Source of the DNA: Nemertoderma westbladi
Taxonomy: Eukaryota; Animalia; Xenacoelomorpha
Assembly: GCA_032718475.1 (NCBI GenBank)
Contig: JAUCBJ010001208.1
Location: 1-64,000, forward strand
Reading direction: 5' to 3'
Length of the DNA stretch: 64,000 nucleotides
Shown in pieces: positions 59,313-64,000 of this stretch. A program made the position numbers and the translations under genes. Numbering within the stretch: the first letter of the stretch is position 1; the number at the start of each line of letters is the position of its first letter. The notes below the pieces were generated by a model. It was given only the letters and a program-made list of their open reading frames with translations, made no database searches and was not told where the DNA came from.

Positions 59313-60919
59313 CCCTATTAGTACCGGGCTATAAAATGTAATATAATAATTTATTATTGTTATTTAATAAAATGTTGTACAAATACCGGGGGGGGGGGGG
59401 TCATATTGACTATGACATATTGATTGTTTGTACGTAGGTATCACTAGTCTGGATCCGACTGAAAAAAAAATTTTGAGAAAATGTACTGGGGTGGTTGGTT
59501 ATATTGCAGCACCAAAATTACAAGTAGTGCACAATTTTCACAAAATGTGAAAGTTACCTTTTTCGGCTAATTGTTTTTCAATACAGCATTTCTGGGGCGC
59601 AAAATACATTGGAAAATACTTAAAAATGATATGATTACTATAAATGGCTGTTTAGTCCTCTCTGCGTAGGAAAAAAATGAAAAAAAACTAGTAAACAGCA
59701 CTTTTCAGTTAAAACACAAAATTTTTAATTCATTTATACGATGCTATAAATTCACATTTTCAGATTTTCTAGGGCGCTGATTCTAATGGAAAACATTTCT
59801 AATATGCCAGATCATTGCTACTTGTATTTTTAGGCGTAATTTGGCAAATTTTGGTGCTAGCACCAAATTTCGAACCCATCACCAAAAAGTACAAGTTTGC
59901 GAAGTCCAGTGCTGTTTTTATTGATTCCATTGGATTCAGTACCCTCATAAACCCGCATAACGCAAGAAACAAGATGATACTATCTACTGATCAATTTGCT
60001 TATTTTTCAAAATTTGGTGGTGACACAACAATTTTCACCCACCGGCGAAAAATACCAGTTTGAAAACTCTTATGGAATTTTTACTGATTCCATTGAATTT
60101 AGAACCCTGACGAACCCGTATAACGCAAGAAACAAGGTGACACAATCAATTGATATATTTGATGGTTTTCTAAATTTGTGCTAGCACCACATTTTGCACC
60201 CACTTCCGAAAAATACAAGTTTGAGATGTCTATTTCGATAATTATATATTCCATTGAATTCAGAACAGCCATAAACCTCTAAAACGCAAGAAATAAATTG
60301 TCACAAGCAATTTTATCTATTGAATGAATTTTCAAAATTTCGTGCTAGCACTAAAATTTCCACACAGCACCGAAAAATACAAGTTTGATACGCTTGGTGC
60401 AACTCGTATATATTTCATCGAAACCAGAACCCCAAAAAACCCCAATTGCGTAAATAACAAGTTTCAAACAATCAATTTACAAAATTGACATATTTCAAAA
60501 TTTGGTGCTGGCACCACAATTTGGCACCCGCCGAAAAAAACAAGTTTGAAATTTCTAAATCAATTTATATGAATTCCATCCAATTGCTAACACCAAAAAA
60601 CCGGTGTAAATCAAAAATAGAGATGTTACAATTCATATATAATGAAATTTTCAAAATTTTCAATGAATTTTTTTTTTTCAATGAATGAAATTTTCAAAAA
60701 ACGTCTCAAAAAAAGTGCCAAAAGTAGGGTTAAAAAATGGTGCTATAACTCGATTACTACCCAATATTTTTGAATACGGTTTTTATTACTAGGAAGACAA
60801 TGGTTTTTTAGGAAAAGTCCTAAAGTTTCAGATTCCCAACTGCGTTTGTTTCAGAATTATAATAAAAAAACCACGGGGGGGGGGGGTCATATTGACACCC
60901 CCCCCCCCCCCCCCCCAGG
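59313..60919. mobile_element. Second copy of the non-autonomous piggyBac-like element
   Basis: TTAA at 59309-59312 and 60920-60923; highly similar to 29809-31386. Confidence 0.8.
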
Positions 60920-63239
60920 TTAAGCATGTATATATTTTAAATATGTACATATTTAAATTATGTATGTATTTTAATTATTTATAAATTTTTATATATATAT
61001 ACATATTTTATTATTTATCTTTTAATGCTTCACTTTGTGAATTAAAGAATCAAAGATCATATTGTTTTTATTATTACTAAAATAGTCGATTTTGGAAATA
61101 TTTTATGAATGGGAGAATCTTTTAGTCTCGTTAAGCCACTAGACCAAGCTGCTGCTTATTTTATAATTTTTTAAATAAATTTTTTAATATTTTATAAATT
61201 ATTGTTGCTAATTAGATGTTATGTAATGCTTAGATCCAACTCTTAGAATATGTTATTTTACACATCGTTCATCTTTTTAATTAGTATTATTAGACATTTG
61301 GTTGTTATATAAATGCGATATTTTCTAATTTATATGGGACTATAATATAATGAATTGTTATTGTTTGCACATTACATGAGAGTTCTATATCACGAGCGAC
61401 CGAATGATAAAACGAAATTTATCATTTTTATAGATACAAAGTGTGTAAAAGAAAAAAACGTCTAACTAAGGGAAAACAATTATTGCCACCATTTGTCTGC
61501 ACACCTGAGAGTCACTTCCCCCGAATTCGCAATAGAACCAGCAATAAATTTCCAAAATTACTGCGGCCTAATTTGAATGCACAGCACAGGTCTGTTGTGT
61601 CATTCTCTATAACAACTAACTACAGTACTGTAGTAAGTATCATCTACTTCTATTTCATATCCAATTTAGCTAGCATACAATACAGTAGTAGTCAGCAATA
61701 TGAATTGTTATGTCCACTCTCGCACAACGTCGTGTATTGAACGCAAGTAGATCTCACAGAGACCCCCCGCAGGGTGTAATTAATACGAAGCGAATTAATG
61801 TAATGGAAAGATGCCCTTCGTGACCTTTCGTAACCTCACGTAAATAGCGTGAAAAATAATTGTTTAATAAGGAATAACATTTTCAATGCAGTGAAGCAAG
61901 AAATTAAGATCAATAATGGAACGTACAATGAGATAATGGTAAACCATCATATCTTCCTATACATATCAAACAAAATATGCACCAATTCCACAAACACAAT
62001 AAGTACTGTATACTACTACAAAGACCGACTGTAATACCAAAATATACATAATAAATATTTATTAAATGGTAAATAAATTAGAATTATTGTAATAATGCTT
62101 GATTCTAAAAATATTCCAAAGTATTATTAGATTGGTAAACAGGATTTTACATATTCAAGTGTTAATAATGAAAATTAAAAAATAAATATATAATTAATTC
62201 AATAATTATATTAATTACAATAATAATAATTAAATAATTAATTCCTAAATTGTAATATTACTCAACGCCGTTAGAATTACAGTATTAACAGCGAGTTGTT
62301 ATTTAGCACTTTACAACTTTTGAGGACATTAATGCATTGTATTTACCTGTACATTTAGTATTGTATTGGTGTTGTAATGTCCCTTGTTTATGTGGTAACC
62401 AATGACGGCGAGCTGTAAAGTTACGGCGTCATTGGTTACCACGTAAACAATAGGTGGCATTCATAATTAATGATGTAATATTATGGTTTTAGTGTGTTAT
62501 GAGTATATTTTATTATGATTATATGTTAGTATATTATGGTATTATGGTTTCTTAGCAAGAATCTCATCCGTATTTGGATTCTTTGTGAACACCATCTGTC
62601 TATCCACGTACAGAAGAACGTTTAATTCACCAGCAATGCGAGTCACAATAGACCTATGCCCCCCACTCCGTGGCGACGCTTTAATTGCGTTAATGAATCT
62701 GACATAATAATTATTATACAGTACAGTTTATTTTAAGTTAAATTGGCCATTTAATTAGGTCCCGGCACCAAAATGTAAGGGAAATACCCAAACATGAAAC
62801 AGTACGACACTGTCAAATATAATAATACGTAAAAGGTCTCATAAACTAATAACAATAATAAATAATATATATAATATATAAATATAATAAATATATATAT
62901 ATATATATAGAGAGAATATCGTTTATTTGAAAAAGATAGAGAGAGCTATCGAAAGCTAATAATAAAAAATAAATTTTTAGTGATAGATCAAATAAGTTGT
63001 CACCTTTTGAATTGTTAAAATATTATTATATTTATATATATAATGCAGCTGCAATGCAGCATGTCGATTGTAGTAGTAGTACAGTACTAACAATTTATAT
63101 AATGGTTTCGTCAAAAAGGCAGAGCTAAATGCTACTAAATATACATTGATGAATTATTTCACTATAAGATAGCATTTGTAGTTTAACTTTAACGTAAAAA
63201 CTTTCGAAAATCCGACGTATTTTGATTGAGCTACAGTAA

Positions 63240-64000
63240 TGTAATATGCCTATTCATATTTGTACACATAAAACCTTTAGGTACTCTCGTGGCGTAGTGG
63301 TCAGATGGTTAAGGCGTTGGTTACATTACATAGGTTACGAGTTCGAATCCCAGTCGGGAAATCTGTATTTTGGGGCCATTTATTTTCGTGTGGTGCTAAT
63401 TGGTAGGCCAATGAGAAGCGTACAGCGTAGCGAATGATGAGCCAGGCCAATCATAGGGCATAAATTATCTTATTGCTCAAATGTGAGGCAGTGGAAAATT
63501 CTGTTAGGATTCCATGTCCCAGATTAGTGTAAGGGCCGGACTGCGTTGAACGATGAGCTGGGCCAATCATAGGGCACGAAGCACTTTAATGCTCAAATGT
63601 GAAGCTGTGGAAAATTCTGTTTAGTTTCCATGTGCAATTTCTAGTATAAAAAGGCCGGTTTGCCTTCGGTTATCACCCTTATACTATGTATAACACCACC
63701 TTACTCTTGCAAATTCCTAAATTGTTATTAGTTTATTTCGGTTTCTTGTTGAAACTTTATTTGATAAATCCCTTTGTAAAACTGTAAATATACTGCAAAT
63801 TCCTGACATGTTTTCTTTTGGTCCAACTTTGGGACAGCCAAACATCAGGGAGATGGCAGCCTAGACCGTTAGGCCGTAAGCAACGCAGGGAAGAGATGTC
63901 CACAACACGCTAGCGCCCACATTGGATTGACCGCGCACCCCCTTTGCCCTTCGAAATACTCCACTTGCTATGCAGCGCCCGCTTTGTGAGAAGGTAAGAC
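63240..64000 (+). mobile_element. Start of another LTR related to the outer BEL LTR (runs off the window)
   Basis: TGTA candidate start; same order of tRNA-like A/B boxes, CCAAT x3 and TATA (63645); GATGGC...GGCC...AGCAA...GGGAA block resembles 5395-5433. Confidence 0.6.
63285..63371 (+). ncRNA. tRNA-derived Pol III-like unit
   Basis: A box TGGTCAGATGG 63298-63308, B box GAGTTCGAATCC 63339-63350, TTTT 63368-63371; no intact cloverleaf. Confidence 0.6.

Overview
AT-rich animal (invertebrate-type) nuclear DNA dominated by mobile elements. The window opens with a 17-bp satellite (1-1930). A fragmented minus-strand host gene encodes a signal peptide, beta/gamma-crystallin domains and fibronectin type II (FN2) exons. 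At 4001-24621 a Mutator-like TIR element with a 9-bp TSD contains a young BEL/Pao LTR retrotransposon (4750-24251), which itself contains a second BEL/Pao element (7861-16338). The outer element is atypical: TATA...TATA LTR ends, a tRNA-like Pol III A/B-box unit in the LTR, no tRNA primer-binding site (an 11-nt self-complement instead), and a third ORF behind a splice acceptor that encodes a WRN/EXD-type DEDDy 3'-5' exonuclease plus three CCHC knuckles. At about 43.6-58.7 kb lies a left-truncated Maverick/Polinton with integrase, two minor capsids, a core protein, major capsid, adenain protease, an exonuclease-like ORF and a broken pPolB. It also carries a TBP-like gene, a PC4-like gene and a ~420-bp hairpin built from a diverged relative's polB sequence. 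The rest is RTE LINE, Copia and DNA-transposon debris plus MITEs. All protein calls come from motif recognition by eye; no database search was run.
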